From Leucoraja erinacea (taxonomy: Eukaryota): a stretch of DNA of 64,000 nucleotides. The notes below the pieces were generated by a model. It worked only from the letters and a program-made list of their open reading frames with translations. It had not been told where the DNA came from and ran no database searches. The stretch lies in the NCBI RefSeq assembly GCF_028641065.1, contig NC_073399.1:32736001-32800000 (forward strand). The letters run 5' to 3'. This document shows positions 26,361 to 38,404 of this stretch, piece by piece. Every line of letters begins with the position of its first letter. The stretch's first letter is position 1. The position numbers were made by a program, and so were the translations under genes.

Positions 26361-26964
26361 TTTAAACTAAATAGCCGGGGGGGGGGGGGGGGGGGGGGAA
26401 TCGACAAATTGGAAGTACAAAGATGGAGTTAAAGGGGAAGAGAGTAAAGTTATGAAAGACACCTGAATTAATGGAACGGAAAGTTCAAGAAAGAATAAGA
26501 GAGTAAGGTCAAGTGAAATAGGAACTGGTGTGAGAGGGGAGGTGAATACCAAATTTAAAATGTTATATATGAATGTGGGAAGTATAAGAAATAAAGTAGA
26601 TGAGCTTGGGGCTCAGTTAGGGCTCCAATTACTTTATTATATGATAAATCAGGTCATAAATGAACCATGAGATTAAAGTAAACTGAGATACAATAGGTGC
26701 TAAGAGTTCTCTATTACTCAGTCAAGGTGTTGTATCTATAAATCTAGAGATAATAGTTGTAGGAGCTGTTATAAATGGAATGACCAAGCCAAATAAAACA
26801 CTCAACAATATCGTAATTGCAGATTTCCAGTAATAGGATTTCTGTATGTTTATCTCTGGGACCACTGCCAACTCCATATGTCCATATATACCATTAAAGG
26901 CACTAAATAAGTCGGAAAAACAAGGGAATGCAGATGCTGGTTTACAAACAAAAATACAAATTTT

Positions 26965-27437
26965 ACTAAAATGTTGCCTGGGTTTCAGCACCTAAGTTAC
27001 AGAGAAAGGTTGAACAAGATAGGTCTTTATTCTTTGGAGCACAGAATGTTACAGGGGGACTTGATAGAGGTCTTTAAAATTAAGAGAGGGATAGACAGAG
27101 TTGACGTGGATAAGCTTTTTCCATTGAGAGTAGGGACGATTCAAACAAGAGGACATGATTTGATAATTAAGGGACAAAAGTTTAGGGGTAACATGAGGGG
27201 GAACTTCTTTACTCAGAGAGTGGTAGCTGTGTAGAATGAGCTTCCAGTGGAAGTGGTGGAGGCAGGTTTGATTTTATCATTTAAAAATAAATTGGATAGG
27301 TATATGGACGGGAAAGGAATGGAGGGTTATGGTCTGAGTGCAGGTAGATGGGTCTAGGTGAGAGTAAGTGTTCGGCCCGGACTAGAAGGGCCGAGATGGC
27401 CTGTTTCCATGCTGTAATTGTTATATGGTTATATGGT
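26965..27437 (+). mobile_element. CR1/HER1-like LINE 3' portion (family B)
   Basis: Homologous to 11484-12007. Confidence 0.9.
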
Positions 27438-27456
27438 TGTAAAGTGCCGGAGTTGA

Positions 27457-27692
27457 GGGCCTGTTCCTCTTTCAAGACCTAATTCACAACCTTTTTTACT
27501 CGTGGACATTTTTCATCACGCTAGAAAAAACGCCCCCGACCTACTTGATGCCACGAGTACCTACAACTAGCATCACAGCCTGCTACGACTTACCTCCAAC
27601 CTCCTCTGACCTTGTGAGGGCTATGCTGCGAGTATGATTCAAAGGCAAAGTCGGCAGAGGTCGTGAATTAGGTGTGAAATTGGGAAAGGCCC
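27457..27692. mobile_element. PIF/Harbinger-like MITE
   Basis: ~35-bp imperfect TIRs GGGCCTGTTCCTCTTTCAAGACCTAATTCAC / GTGAATTAGGTGTGAAATTGGGAAAGGCCC; flanks TGA/TTA. Confidence 0.65.
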
Positions 27693-28647
27693 TTATCACA
27701 GACAGCATCTCTGGAAGACATGGATAGGTGACGTTTCAGGTCAGGACTCTTCTTAAGACTGCAGGAGGGAGGGGGAAAAGACGGAAAAGAGGTGGGGGCA
27801 TGACAAATCCTGGTGAATGATAGGTAGATACAGGATAAAGGGGGGTTGGTGTTGCAGATTGGAGGGCACTGAGCCAGAAATGCCAAATATCGTACAGTTC
27901 CTTCACATTTATCTACCTTTCATTTGAAATGACTCTGGATAGCTTACAGCTCCTTGCTCTCATCAAATAGCAGAAAACTGATGAAGTTTGTGTATCAATA
28001 ATAAGACTTCTCTACTTGTCATTCACAAAGGCCACTTGTTGCACAATTTATCAATATCTGATATTTCTCCATCAAAACCTTCTATTTTCTCAATTCTCAC
28101 AGCATTTAATATGTAAACTGAATCTTCATGAGAGGAATAGATCGGGTAGATGCACAGAGTCTTTTGCCCAGAGTACGGGAATCAAGGACCAGAGGACATA
28201 GGTTCAAGGTGAAGGGAAAAGATTTAATAGGAATCGGAGGGGTGACTTTTTCACACAAAGGATCTTGGGTGCACGGAACAAGCTGCCAGAGGAGGTAGTT
28301 GAGGCTGGGACTATGCCATAATTTAAGAAACAATAAGACAGGTATATGAATAGGACAGGTTTGGAGAAATATGGATCAAACGCTGGCAAGTGGGACTAGT
28401 GTAGCTGGGACACTGTTGGCCGGTGTGGGCGAGTTAGGCTGAAGGGCCTGCTTCCACACTGTATCACTCTATGGCTACTAAGGGTCTCGACCCGAAACGT
28501 CACCCATTCCTTCTCTTGACAGATGCTGCCTGGCCCGCTGAGTTACTCCAGCATGTTGTGTCTATTTTCCGTTTAAACCAGCATCTGCAGTTCTCCCCTA
28601 AACATGATCTCACTTACGCATCCACTCCCTGGTGCAATATTACTCAC

Positions 28648-28953
28648 CTTCAACGATCAAAGTGATGAGCGCAAAGTCATATCCATGATCTTTACGCACA
28701 GTATACCGATACGTTCCGTTATCTGACAGTTCCGTTTTATGGATAATCAGTGACAGATCATATGGGTCTTGATGGCGTAATTGGATTCGATCCTGACCTC
28801 CAAGAACATTCAATGTTTCATCACGGGTTGGATCTTGATGCAGTTTTATTAATGTGATGTTAGTTGGACCTGTTGTATCTGTTTTGCACGGTAGGGTGGT
28901 ATCCTCATGCAGTTTTCCTGTCACAGATTCGTTACAAACCAAAGTCACAGATG
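28648..28953 (-). CDS. IgSF receptor, second V-set-like domain exon
   Basis: Acceptor TCTTTCTATGATTTTCAG, donor G|GTGAGT; 306 nt, phase 1-1, open; TTLPC, DLSLIIHKTELSDNGTYRY, ITLIVE. Confidence 0.88.
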
Positions 28954-29799
28954 CTGAAAATCATAGAAAGAAGAGGGACAGGCCTTTTAGAACGCCGCGG
29001 TGCATCAGTAGAGCTGCTGCCTCACAGCGGCAAAGACCCGGGTTCGATCCTGACCTTGGGTGCTATCTGTGTGGAGTTTGCATGCTCACCCTGTGACCAT
29101 GTGGGTTTTCTCTGGTTCCCTCCTGTATTCCAAAGACGTGCGGGTTTGTAGGTTTATTGGCCTCTGAAAGTTGCCCAAAGTGTGCAGGGTGCAAAGGGGG
29201 ATAACATAGAACTAATGTGGGGGTGATAATGGTTGGCATGGGCTCGGTGGGCTGATGGGCCTGATTCCATACTATCACTCTATGATTAAGGGTCTCAACC
29301 AGAAATGTCACCCATTCCTTCTCTCCAGAGATGCTGCCTGGCCCACTGAGTTACTCCAGCACTTTGTGTTTATTTTCTGTTTAAACCAGCATCTGCAGTT
29401 CCTCCCCACACATTATCTCACTTGCTCATCCACTCCCTGCACACTAGGGGGAGGTTTACTTTTATAGAGACCAAATAATTCCCACAACCCACAAAACTTT
29501 GGGATGTGGGAGGAAACCAGAGCACCCGGAGGAAACCCACGCGGTCATAGGGAGAACGTGCAAACTCCACACAGACAGCACCCGAGGTCAGGATCAAACC
29601 CGGGTTTCTGGCGCTGGAGGCAGCTGCCCAACCACAGCTGTGCCACTGTGCCGCCCACTAAAGAAATATAGAGTTTAAAAAAAAAGCCGTGGTAATACTC
29701 TCTGAACGTAATCCTCAACATTCCATAAATTTACCAAACTCACACCTGTGCTTTGGAAGCGGAAAGCTGCAATTTATTAACAATTAACTGTAACCAGTA

Positions 29800-31897
29800 C
29801 AGGTGCACAACCTTTTATCCGAAGATCCAAATAACGAAAGCCTCCGAATAGCGGACATTTTTTCGGTCCTTGAAGAAAGGTCCTTGAAAACGTTCACCGA
29901 GGGCGGCCCGCAGAGGTGACAGCGGAACCTCTGGTCGGTCCTCGAAGAAAAGGGAACTAAATCCCCATTCATAAAAGAGAAGGTGAGGGTATATTGCGCA
30001 GGAGGGTTAATAATTGACAATATGCTGCTACCTGCCCGCTGCGTTAAAAAGTTCCCACGGTAGACACGATACACAGTGTATCGTGAGTCTTGCGTGGGAA
30101 CTTTTTAACTCAGCGTGCAGGCAGCAGTAGATTGTCGCTCCCTTCAGTTTCACCCCACCTACACCCCTCTGCTTCCCGGCCATGTGTGTGACCCCTTCCC
30201 CCCCCTCTCCAGCTCCCCGCTCAATGCACCGGCGCGGGGGCTTTGTACTGTCTTCACGTCGCGATGCTAGCAGCACAGTGCAGTCACCGGAGACGTCAGG
30301 ACCAACGGAACACCGACCCCCAGGCCCACTGCAAGCACGGAGATCCCAGATCAGCAACTCCAGCCCAGCCCCGTTCCAACTCCAGAGGAACACGCTCCCT
30401 GTATGGGCAGAAGCTGATGGTGTGCAAGGGCTCCGTCTTGTTCTTGGGGTCGCGCAGCTCGGGCTGTGGGCGAACTGCCACTTGTCGCCATAGCGGCCCA
30501 CTGGGGAGCGGATTCCTCTGGAGTTGGAGGGGGAGGGGGGTATTGTGCTGTTTGATCGCCCCCTACTATCCCAGGGACAGTGAGACAGGACGTTCACCGA
30601 GGGCGGCCCGCAGAGGTGACAGTGGAACCTCCGGTCGGTCCTCGAAGAAAGGGGAACTAAATCCCCATCCATAAATGAGAAGGTGAGGGTATATTGCGCG
30701 GGAGGGTTAATAATTGACAATATGCTGCTGTCTGCCCGCTGAGTTAAAAAGTTCCCACGGTAGACTCACGATACACAGTGTATCGTGAGTCTTGTGTGGG
30801 AACTTTTTAACTCAGCGTGCAGGCAGCAGCAGATTGTCGCTCCCTTCAGTTTCACCCCACCTACACCCCTCTGCTCCCCGGCCATGTGTGTGACCCCTTC
30901 CCTCCCCTCTCCAGCTCCCCGCTCATTGCACCAGCGCGGGGGCTTTGTACTGTCTTCATGTCGGCGATGGCAGCAGGCCAGTGCAGTCACTGGAGACGTC
31001 AGGACCAATTGGACGTCGACCACCAGGCCCACCGCAAGCACGGAGAACCCAGAGACCCACAGCCAACAGCAGCCCAGCCCAGCCCCGCTCCAACTACAGA
31101 GGAACCTGGGTTGCGGATGACGGGGCGCAGCTTGGGGCGTCGTAGGGGCCCATCGGGGAGCGGGTTCCTGTTGGTCCTGACGTCTCCGGCCACCTGCTAT
31201 CCTCCGGGAACTGTACCGCCCTTGCAGGAGAGTGGGGTTGTTTGCAGTTGCAGAGGGAGGGGGCAAGGGCGGTACAGTTCCCTGTCTCAGCTCCAGTCCA
31301 GGGGGGTGGCCGGAGACGTCAGGACCAACGGGACAGCGACCCCCAGGCCCACTGCAAGCACGGAGACCCACAGCCAGCAGCAACTCCAGCCCAGCCCCGC
31401 TCCAACTCCAGAGGAACACGTAGGGGCAGAAGCGGATGGTGTGCAAGGTGTTCTTGGGGTGGCGCAGCTCGGGCTGTGGGCAAACTGCCACTTGTCGCCG
31501 TAGCGGCCCATCGGGGAGCGGATTCCTCTGGAGTTGGAGGGGGAGGGGGGTATTGTGCTGTTTGATCGCCCCCTGCTATCCCAGGGACAGGGAGACACAG
31601 CGGCTTTTTAGACTGGTGGGCAATCACTTCCAAAGTTCTGCCCACACAGTCAGTACACCTCTCCTACACTGCATTTCATACTGCAAGAAAAAACGACATT
31701 GAAGACTCAAACTCGCGACCGAGTAACTGCCGGGATCAAGGCGCAAACTCGCGACCTTGCGGATATGAGCCGAGCACTCTACCACTGAGCCAGCCATTAA
31801 AATCTACGCTAAAAAATTTCCATTCCGAAGACCGACAAATTCTGAATTACGAAAAGTGTCTGGTCCCAAGGCTTTCGGATAAAAGGTTGTGCACCTG
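29800..31897. mobile_element. Non-autonomous Tc1/mariner (pogo/Tigger-like) element with internal tandem amplification
   Basis: 24-bp perfect TIRs CAGGTGCACAACCTTTTATCCGAA and TA target duplication; ~700-bp unit at 29890-30589 repeated from 30590. Confidence 0.85.
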
Positions 31898-31943
31898 TAT
31901 TTAAAAAGTGAAAGAAAGGAAGAGAAAGTACAATATTACTCAC

Positions 31944-32279
31944 CTTCAACGATCAAAGTGATGAGAGCAGATGCATGTCCATGTGTTGCATACAAGGCAT
32001 ACTGATACGTCCCGTTATCTGACAGCTCCGTTTTATGGATTATCAGTGACAGATCATGTTGACAACGTAATTCATCTTGACAACGTAATTGGATTCGATC
32101 CTGACCTCTACGAACATTTTCACTTGAGGTGGAGATCAATTTTTTATTACGGGTTTGATTTTGATGCAGTTTTATAAATCTGATGTCAACTGGGTCTGTT
32201 GTATCTGTTTTGCACGGTAAGATGGTATCCTCATGCAGTATTCCTGTCACTGATGCGTTACAATCCAAAGTCACAAATG
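31944..32279 (-). CDS. IgSF receptor, first V-set-like domain exon
   Basis: Acceptor TCTTTCTATGATTTTCAG, donor G|GTGAGT; 336 nt, phase 1-1, open; TILPC, DLSLIIHKTELSDNGTYQY, ITLIVE. Confidence 0.9.
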
Positions 32280-32964
32280 CTGAAAATCATAGAAAGAAGA
32301 GGAACAGGCCTTTTAGAACAGAGTGGTGCAACCCTGGAGCTGCTGCCTCACAGCGGCAACGACCCGGGCGCTATCTGTGTGGAGTTTGCAGGTTTTCCCT
32401 GTGATCCTGTGGGTTTTCTCCGGTTTCCTCCTATATTCCAAAGACGTGCGGGTTTGTAGGTTAATTGGCCTAAGTAGGCAGGGTGCAAAAGTGGGATAAC
32501 ATGGAAGTGTACGGGTGATCATGGTTGGCATGGGCTCGGTGGGCCGAAGGGCCTGTTTCCATGCTGTATCTCTGAACTTAAAACTAAACACAACATCTGT
32601 GCCAAACATGTTGTCAACATAAACTGATCTCATCTGCCTGCACGTGACAACATGCCTCCATTACCTGAATATCCATAAGCTTCCATCAACTTCTAGTAGA
32701 GTTTAGAGATATGGCCTTTCAGCTCACCAAATCTGCACAAACCACCAATCACTTGTTCATACTAGTTCTATGTTGTCCCACTTTCCCTACAAGTCACGGG
32801 CAATTTACAGAGGCTAGTTAACCTGTAAATCCATCTTTTGAGATGTGGGAGGAAACCAGAGCACCAGGGGAAACCCACGCGGTCACAAGTTGAACGTGCA
32901 AACACCACACAGACAGTAACTGAGAGCAGCATCAAACCCGGGCCTCTGGGTTTTAGGTACTTAC

Positions 32965-33028
32965 TTTCTGCAGAGGGTACGCATAAGTGTAGAATGAAAT
33001 AAAGATAAAATGTGAGGCATAAATCCAT
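32965..33028 (-). CDS. IgSF receptor signal-peptide exon (MDLCLTFYLYFILHLCVPSAE-T)
   Basis: ATG at 33028, hydrophobic leader, perfect phase-1 donor A|GTAAGT; a pyrimidine-rich acceptor before 33046 suggests an upstream non-coding exon. Confidence 0.85.
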
Positions 33029-34524
33029 TTCCAGAATTCAGTTCACCTGCCGATATAAAGATAATACGAAAAAAGTTACAATCTTTCAGATCTCATAAAA
33101 TCAATTCCACTTTTCTTGTGCTCCCTAAGCTTGGAAGGTAGGACATTTACTGACATTTTGGTTGTTGAAAATAATGGAATTAAATGTTCCAGTGAAAATG
33201 TATTGAATAAATCACGTGTAATGTTTAAAGGGAATTGATCATCCCTTTGGAAAACTTTAGTGCCCCTCTCTCGTGGCTTTCCATTTGCCGATGCCTCTAT
33301 GAGATGTTTCACTAGCAGCTTGGGTTCAGGGTTTAAGTTTATTATTGTCACGTGTATAATGAAAGGCTTTTCTTTGCGTGCTACCCAATCCAGTCAAATA
33401 ATACTGCACACAAATGCAATCAAACCAAACACAAGTACAAAAGGTAGAATGAAGCTAAAGGTACCAGAGTGCAGAATATAGTTCTCAGGATTGTATCGTC
33501 TGGAAATAGTGATAGATTTACAGGTGGTATATTTAGACTTTAGATTTACAGTGTGGCGACCCTTTGACCCATCGCGTCTGCGTTGACCAGCGACCTCCCT
33601 GGACCCTCGCACTATCCTACACACTAGGAACAATTTACAATTCACAGAAGCCAATTAACCTAGAAACCTTTGGATTGTGGGAGAAAACCGGAGCACCCGG
33701 AGAAAACCCATATGGTCACAGGGAGAATGTACAAACTCGGTACAGACAGCACCCGTAGTCAGGATCGAACCCGGACCTTTTGTGCTGTAAGGCAGCAACT
33801 CTACCGCTGTGCCGCTGTACGGCACTATGTTGCCCCAGATGATAAGAGATCCTCCTGTGGGACCAGCATGTAAAGAGTCGCCATGCTCCGACATTATCTT
33901 GGCCTGATCATCTTGGCTTGGCAGGGGTGATGGAAAAACACTTTGTTCAAGCAGTAGTGTGTGTGTGAGAAAGGCATGGTTGTGTTTTTCAGCACCTTAA
34001 CCTGAGCCGTAACAGTCTGGGCTTGTTGGCTGCGGGCACTTTTGTAGCCAAGAACTACCCTTAACTATTTACAGTTCAGAATGCAGCAGCCACTACATGC
34101 TAATGGAACCAGGTACAAAACAATTTAACTATCGTAAGCACGAGGGACAATTTACAATGTTTGTCGAAGCCATTTAACCTATAAATCTATGCGTCTTTGG
34201 AATGCGAGAGGAAACCGGAGCACCTGGGTAAAACCATGTGGTCACAGTGAGAACGTACAAACTTCGAACAGACAGCACCCGTAGTCAGGATCAAATCCGG
34301 GACTCTGGCGCTGTAAAGCAGCAACTCTACTGCTGTGCCACCGTGACACCGCAATAATACGGGGAGTTCTTACAAGGAAATAGAGGTCTTGAAATATCTC
34401 CTGCAAGTACAATTAAGAAGAATCCTAAATCATTCTATAAGTTATTAGGAACAAGAAGGTAGCCATGGAAAGAGGGGAGGGAAATGTCTCCTTCACAATC
34501 ATACACATGAGGGAGCCACACGAT

Positions 34525-34840
34525 GCATGGTGGCGGAGCGGTAGAGTTGCTACCTTATAGCGCTTGAAACTCCGGAGACCCGGGTTCGATCCCGGCTACG
34601 GGTGCTGTGTGTACGGAGTTTGTACGTTTTCCCCGTGACAGCGTGGGGTTTCTCCTAGATCTTCGGTTTCCTCCCACACTCCAAAGACGTACAAGTATGT
34701 AGGTAAATTGGCTTGGTATAAGTGTAAATTGTCCCTAGCGTGTGTCTAATAGTGCTAACATGTAGGTGCTGGTCGGTGTGGACTTGGTGGGCCGTAAGGC
34801 CTGTTTCCGCGCTGTATCTCTAAACTAAACTAAACTAAAG
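34525..34840 (+). mobile_element. Near full-length HE1-like V-SINE
   Basis: A box GGTGGCGGAGCGG, B box GGTTCGATCCC, core and (TAAAC)n tail. Confidence 0.85.
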
Positions 34841-36124
34841 AATAGGAGGGGGGATCGATATGCGCAACCAAGAGGTGTAGAAATACTATAAATGTATACT
34901 TCCCATCTGTATTCACCAAGGTGAAGTGTGTGCAGTATAAGGAGTTCGGGTTTGAACATGCAGGCATTGAGATGGTGTTATTAGATTGTCTTGGAATGTT
35001 TAAAGGTGAATAAATGCCCAGAGCCACACAGGATCTACGTCAGAATGACGTGGGGAAACAAAGTCAAGTACAGTTCAGTTGAGTTTAGTTCACAAATACT
35101 GTGAGAATCAGGGCAATGGAACTCTCGCCTGTAGCAGGAGCACAGGCACAGACTCAGCCAACATGCAAAAACATAAGCTATATGTAACATACATAAATTA
35201 CACATACATTCTGCAAGGCAGCAAAAAATAAATAAGACTACAGAAAAAGACAATACATAGTGCAAAACACAAGTAGAAAAATAATCATTGTAGTGCAAGA
35301 GGTGGTCCTTAGGTTCTGTTGTCGAAGTAGGATTAGGGTTGTATGCGCGGAAACATGCCCATACTCATCTACGGGTGCTATCTGTACAGAGTTTGTACAT
35401 GCCCAACTTGCCAACACTGACCAATAGGTCCCACCTACAGTAGTCCTACCTGCCTGCGTTTGGTCTATATCCCTCTAAACCTATCCTATCCTTGCAACTA
35501 TCTAATTGTTTCTTAAATGTTATGATAGTACCCGCCTCAATTACCTGGTAGCTCGTTCCATGCACGCACCACACGTTGTGTAAAATAGTTACCCCTCATG
35601 TTCCTATGAAATCTTTCCCCCCCTCACCTTAAACCTATGTCCTCTGGTTCTTGATTCCCATTTTGTGGGCAAGAAACTGTATGTCCACCCGATCTATTCC
35701 TCTCACATCCTCCTGCGCTCCAAGGAATAGAGTCCTAGCCTGATCAACCGCTCCCTAGAGCTCAAGCCCTTGAGTCCTTGGCCTTGGAAATATTGTAAAT
35801 TGTCCCTAATGTGTATGATAGTGTTTGTGTAGGGGATGGTCGCTGGTTGGAGCAGACTTGTTAGGCCTGAGGACCTGTTTCTGTGCTATATCTCTAAAGT
35901 ATTGCGTTGAATTGATTGTTGAGATTTTTGCAATCATATTATCCCCAGGTGAAGACTAGATGATAGCTAATGTTGTTCCTTTCTTTCAGAAGGACAGTGT
36001 AAGCCCGGTAACTTCAGACAGGTAAGCCTCAGGTCAGTGGAGAAACAAGGAAATGCAGGTGTTGGTTTATTTTAAAAAAAAGACAAAGATACGAAGTGAG
36101 GATCAGCCTGCTGGATGTGCTGCA

Positions 36125-36430
36125 AACCATTTTAACTCCCCTTCCCGTTCCTGTACAGACTTTTCTGTCCTGGACCTCCTCCATTACCAGAGTGAGGCCA
36201 TAAGCAAACTGGAGGAACAGCACCTCATATTCCACTTGGGTACCTTACAACCTAACTGTATGAACATTGAATTCTCAATTTTTAGGTAACAAACTTACAA
36301 AGACCACCATCCCTCTCTTCCCTGTGCCCCAATGGTCTAATTTAAGAAGGGTCTCAATCTGAAACGTCACCCATTCCTTCTCTCCAGAAATGCTGCTTGT
36401 CCCGCTGAGTTACTCCAGCTTTTTGTGCCT
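36125..36430 (+). mobile_element. Penelope 3' fragment (GIY-YIG C-terminus + terminal repeat)
   Basis: HFNSPS..KLEEQHLIFHLG, homologous to the end of the ORF at 13615-15033. Confidence 0.85.
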
Positions 36431-37347
36431 ATCGTCATTCCACTTTCTTCCACCCACCTATATTCCTTCCCCTGGCTCCACAAGTTGCACCTCTTCCATC
36501 CTTATCTCATATCTTTAGTCTTTTCATCTATGGACTGTCCAACCAGCTGCCTATCAACTCCACCCCTCATTTGTATCCACCTATCATTCACCATGCTTTG
36601 TCCAGCCCCACCTCTCTTCCAGTTTTCGTCCCATCCCATTTGGCAGCACTGGGCTGGGCTACTCGCTGGAGTTTAGAAGGTTGAGGGGGGGACCTCATTG
36701 AAACTTACAGAATAATGAAAGGCACAGATAGAGTGGATGCGGAAAGGATGTTTCCGCTGGTGGGTGTGTCTAGGACCAGAGGTCAGACTCAGAATTAAAG
36801 GGCGCTCTTTTAGAAAGGAGGGGAGGAGGAATTTATTTAGTCAGAGAGTAGTTCATCTGTGGAAGTCTTTGCCACAGAGGGCAGTGGAGGCAGTCAGTGA
36901 ATATTTTTACGGCAGAGATAGACAAATTCTTGATTAGAACAGGTGTCAAGTGTTATGGGGAGACGGCAGGAAAATGGGATTATGAGGCAGAGATCAGCTA
37001 TGATTGAATGGCGGAGTAGACTCGATGGGACGAATGGCCTAATTCTACTACTATTATTTATGAATTTATTAACGCCCCACCTCCTCCCCTCCACCACAGT
37101 CAATCTGAAGAAGAGTCTCGACCCAAGACATCGCCGACCCACGTTCTCCACAGATGCTGCCTGACCCGCTGAGTTACTCTAGCACTTAGTCGCCTTTTTG
37201 AGCCTTAGGTCAGTGGTTGGGCAATTCCTAAGGAACGTGATTTATGTATCTTTCAAATGGCAGAGATTTGAATAGGTGACATTTAGCCTGGCTCTGTGTA
37301 GGGGAAATCCTGTCCCACAAATTTGTTTGTGTTTATTGAGAGAACCC

Positions 37348-38035
37348 CAGGGGCGCCACATGTTTGTCAGCCTTGCCAACAGTCTATCTGTTTTGTCGTC
37401 TCTTTTTGTGTTATTATTAGTGTGTTTTAAAGTTTGTGTAAATGTTCCCCAGTTTGTTTTATGCGGGGGAGGGGTAGGGGGTCGAGGGAATTTTTTTTCC
37501 AGTCTCTTACTTTGCCGGAAATGCGATTGTTTCATGGGTCGTATCTCCGGTTGTTCTGCGGCCTAACATCATGGGGCTGGAGACCTCGCACGAGACTGAC
37601 TTTGGGCCCCACTGCGGGGACTTTGCCTGGGACTTTAACATCAAGGGCTCGCAGTCTCGGGAGAGACCGAGTCGGGAGCTCCAAGGACACGGAAGGTTCG
37701 ACAGCATTGACCTGGGGTCCGGTGGAGCTGAGATCCCCCGATGCAGGAGCTTGATCGCCCCAACGAGGAAGTCCCGCCGCCGGCTACAAGACTAAGATCG
37801 TTCCGTCAACGGAGGCCTCGAGGCCCCCGACCGTGGGAGAGCAAAGGGAAGAAATGCAACTTTCTTTTGCCTTCCATCACAGTGAGGAATGTGGATGAGT
37901 CGCTGTGATGGATGTTTATGTTTAGATGTATTTTGTGTGTTCTGTTGCTTTTTATTTGTATGAATTACTTGGCAAATGACATTCCTCGTATGTTGCAAGA
38001 CATACTTGGCAAATAAAGTATTATTGGATTGCATT
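37348..38035 (+). mobile_element. GC-rich hairpin-core retroposon copy
   Basis: 5' AGGGGCGCC, T-rich then G-rich blocks, core CCTTCCATCACAG..CTGTGATGGATGTTTATG at ~37870-37920, different 3' tail. Confidence 0.75.
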
Positions 38036-38404
38036 GAGAAAACAAAAGAGACTTTGTTGTCTTATGGACTTTGGCACGGCATTTGGCAAGCCTGCGTGTT
38101 AAGGAACTTAGGAGCCATAATAGGCTTGTTGAAAGGAGGCAGAGTGTTGTGGTAGAAGGATGGGTTTTTTTCTGATTGTAAGTCTGTCACCATTAGTTTA
38201 TCAGTGGGATGGGTGCTGTAACCTTTGTGTTTTATTCTGGTAACTAGGGCATGAATGTAAGAGATTAGTAAATCTGCAAGTTACATTAAAATTATTGGTG
38301 TTGCGGATTGCAGGGCAGGATTGTTAGGCTATAGTAAGACATAGATCAGATGACAAGTTGGGCAGAGCATTGGCGGATGGAATTTAATCCTGCCAAATCC
38401 TGAG

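Larger units (their letters stand above)
24090..26610 (+). mobile_element. CR1 ORF1 (SGNH/GDSL esterase) to start of ORF2, interrupted by three nested insertions
   Basis: VVDSIV..CCLPGA (24150-24230), VGTND (25155), DGLHLN (25410); resumes at ~26361 and continues toward an endonuclease-like start (~26560). Confidence 0.8.

Noticed and set aside
26722-26903. Hydrophobic ORF (ITILLSVLFGLVIPFI) as an alternative TM exon
   Set aside because: The nearest acceptor (TTATTTAG) would need phase 2 for this frame. In phase 1 it stops after 17 codons, and the ORF start lies in repeat sequence.
30028-31702. Long ORFs on both strands inside the TIR element
   Set aside because: No transposase motifs; a by-product of GC-rich tandem modules.
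28600-32330. Rearranging antigen-receptor V segments (Ig/TCR/NAR)
   Set aside because: Each V exon includes its G strand and ends in a splice donor; no heptamer-nonamer RSS at the exon ends and no J or C segments were seen.
34525-34600. tRNA genes
   Set aside because: The A/B boxes belong to SINE heads, continue into SINE cores, and do not form full cloverleafs.
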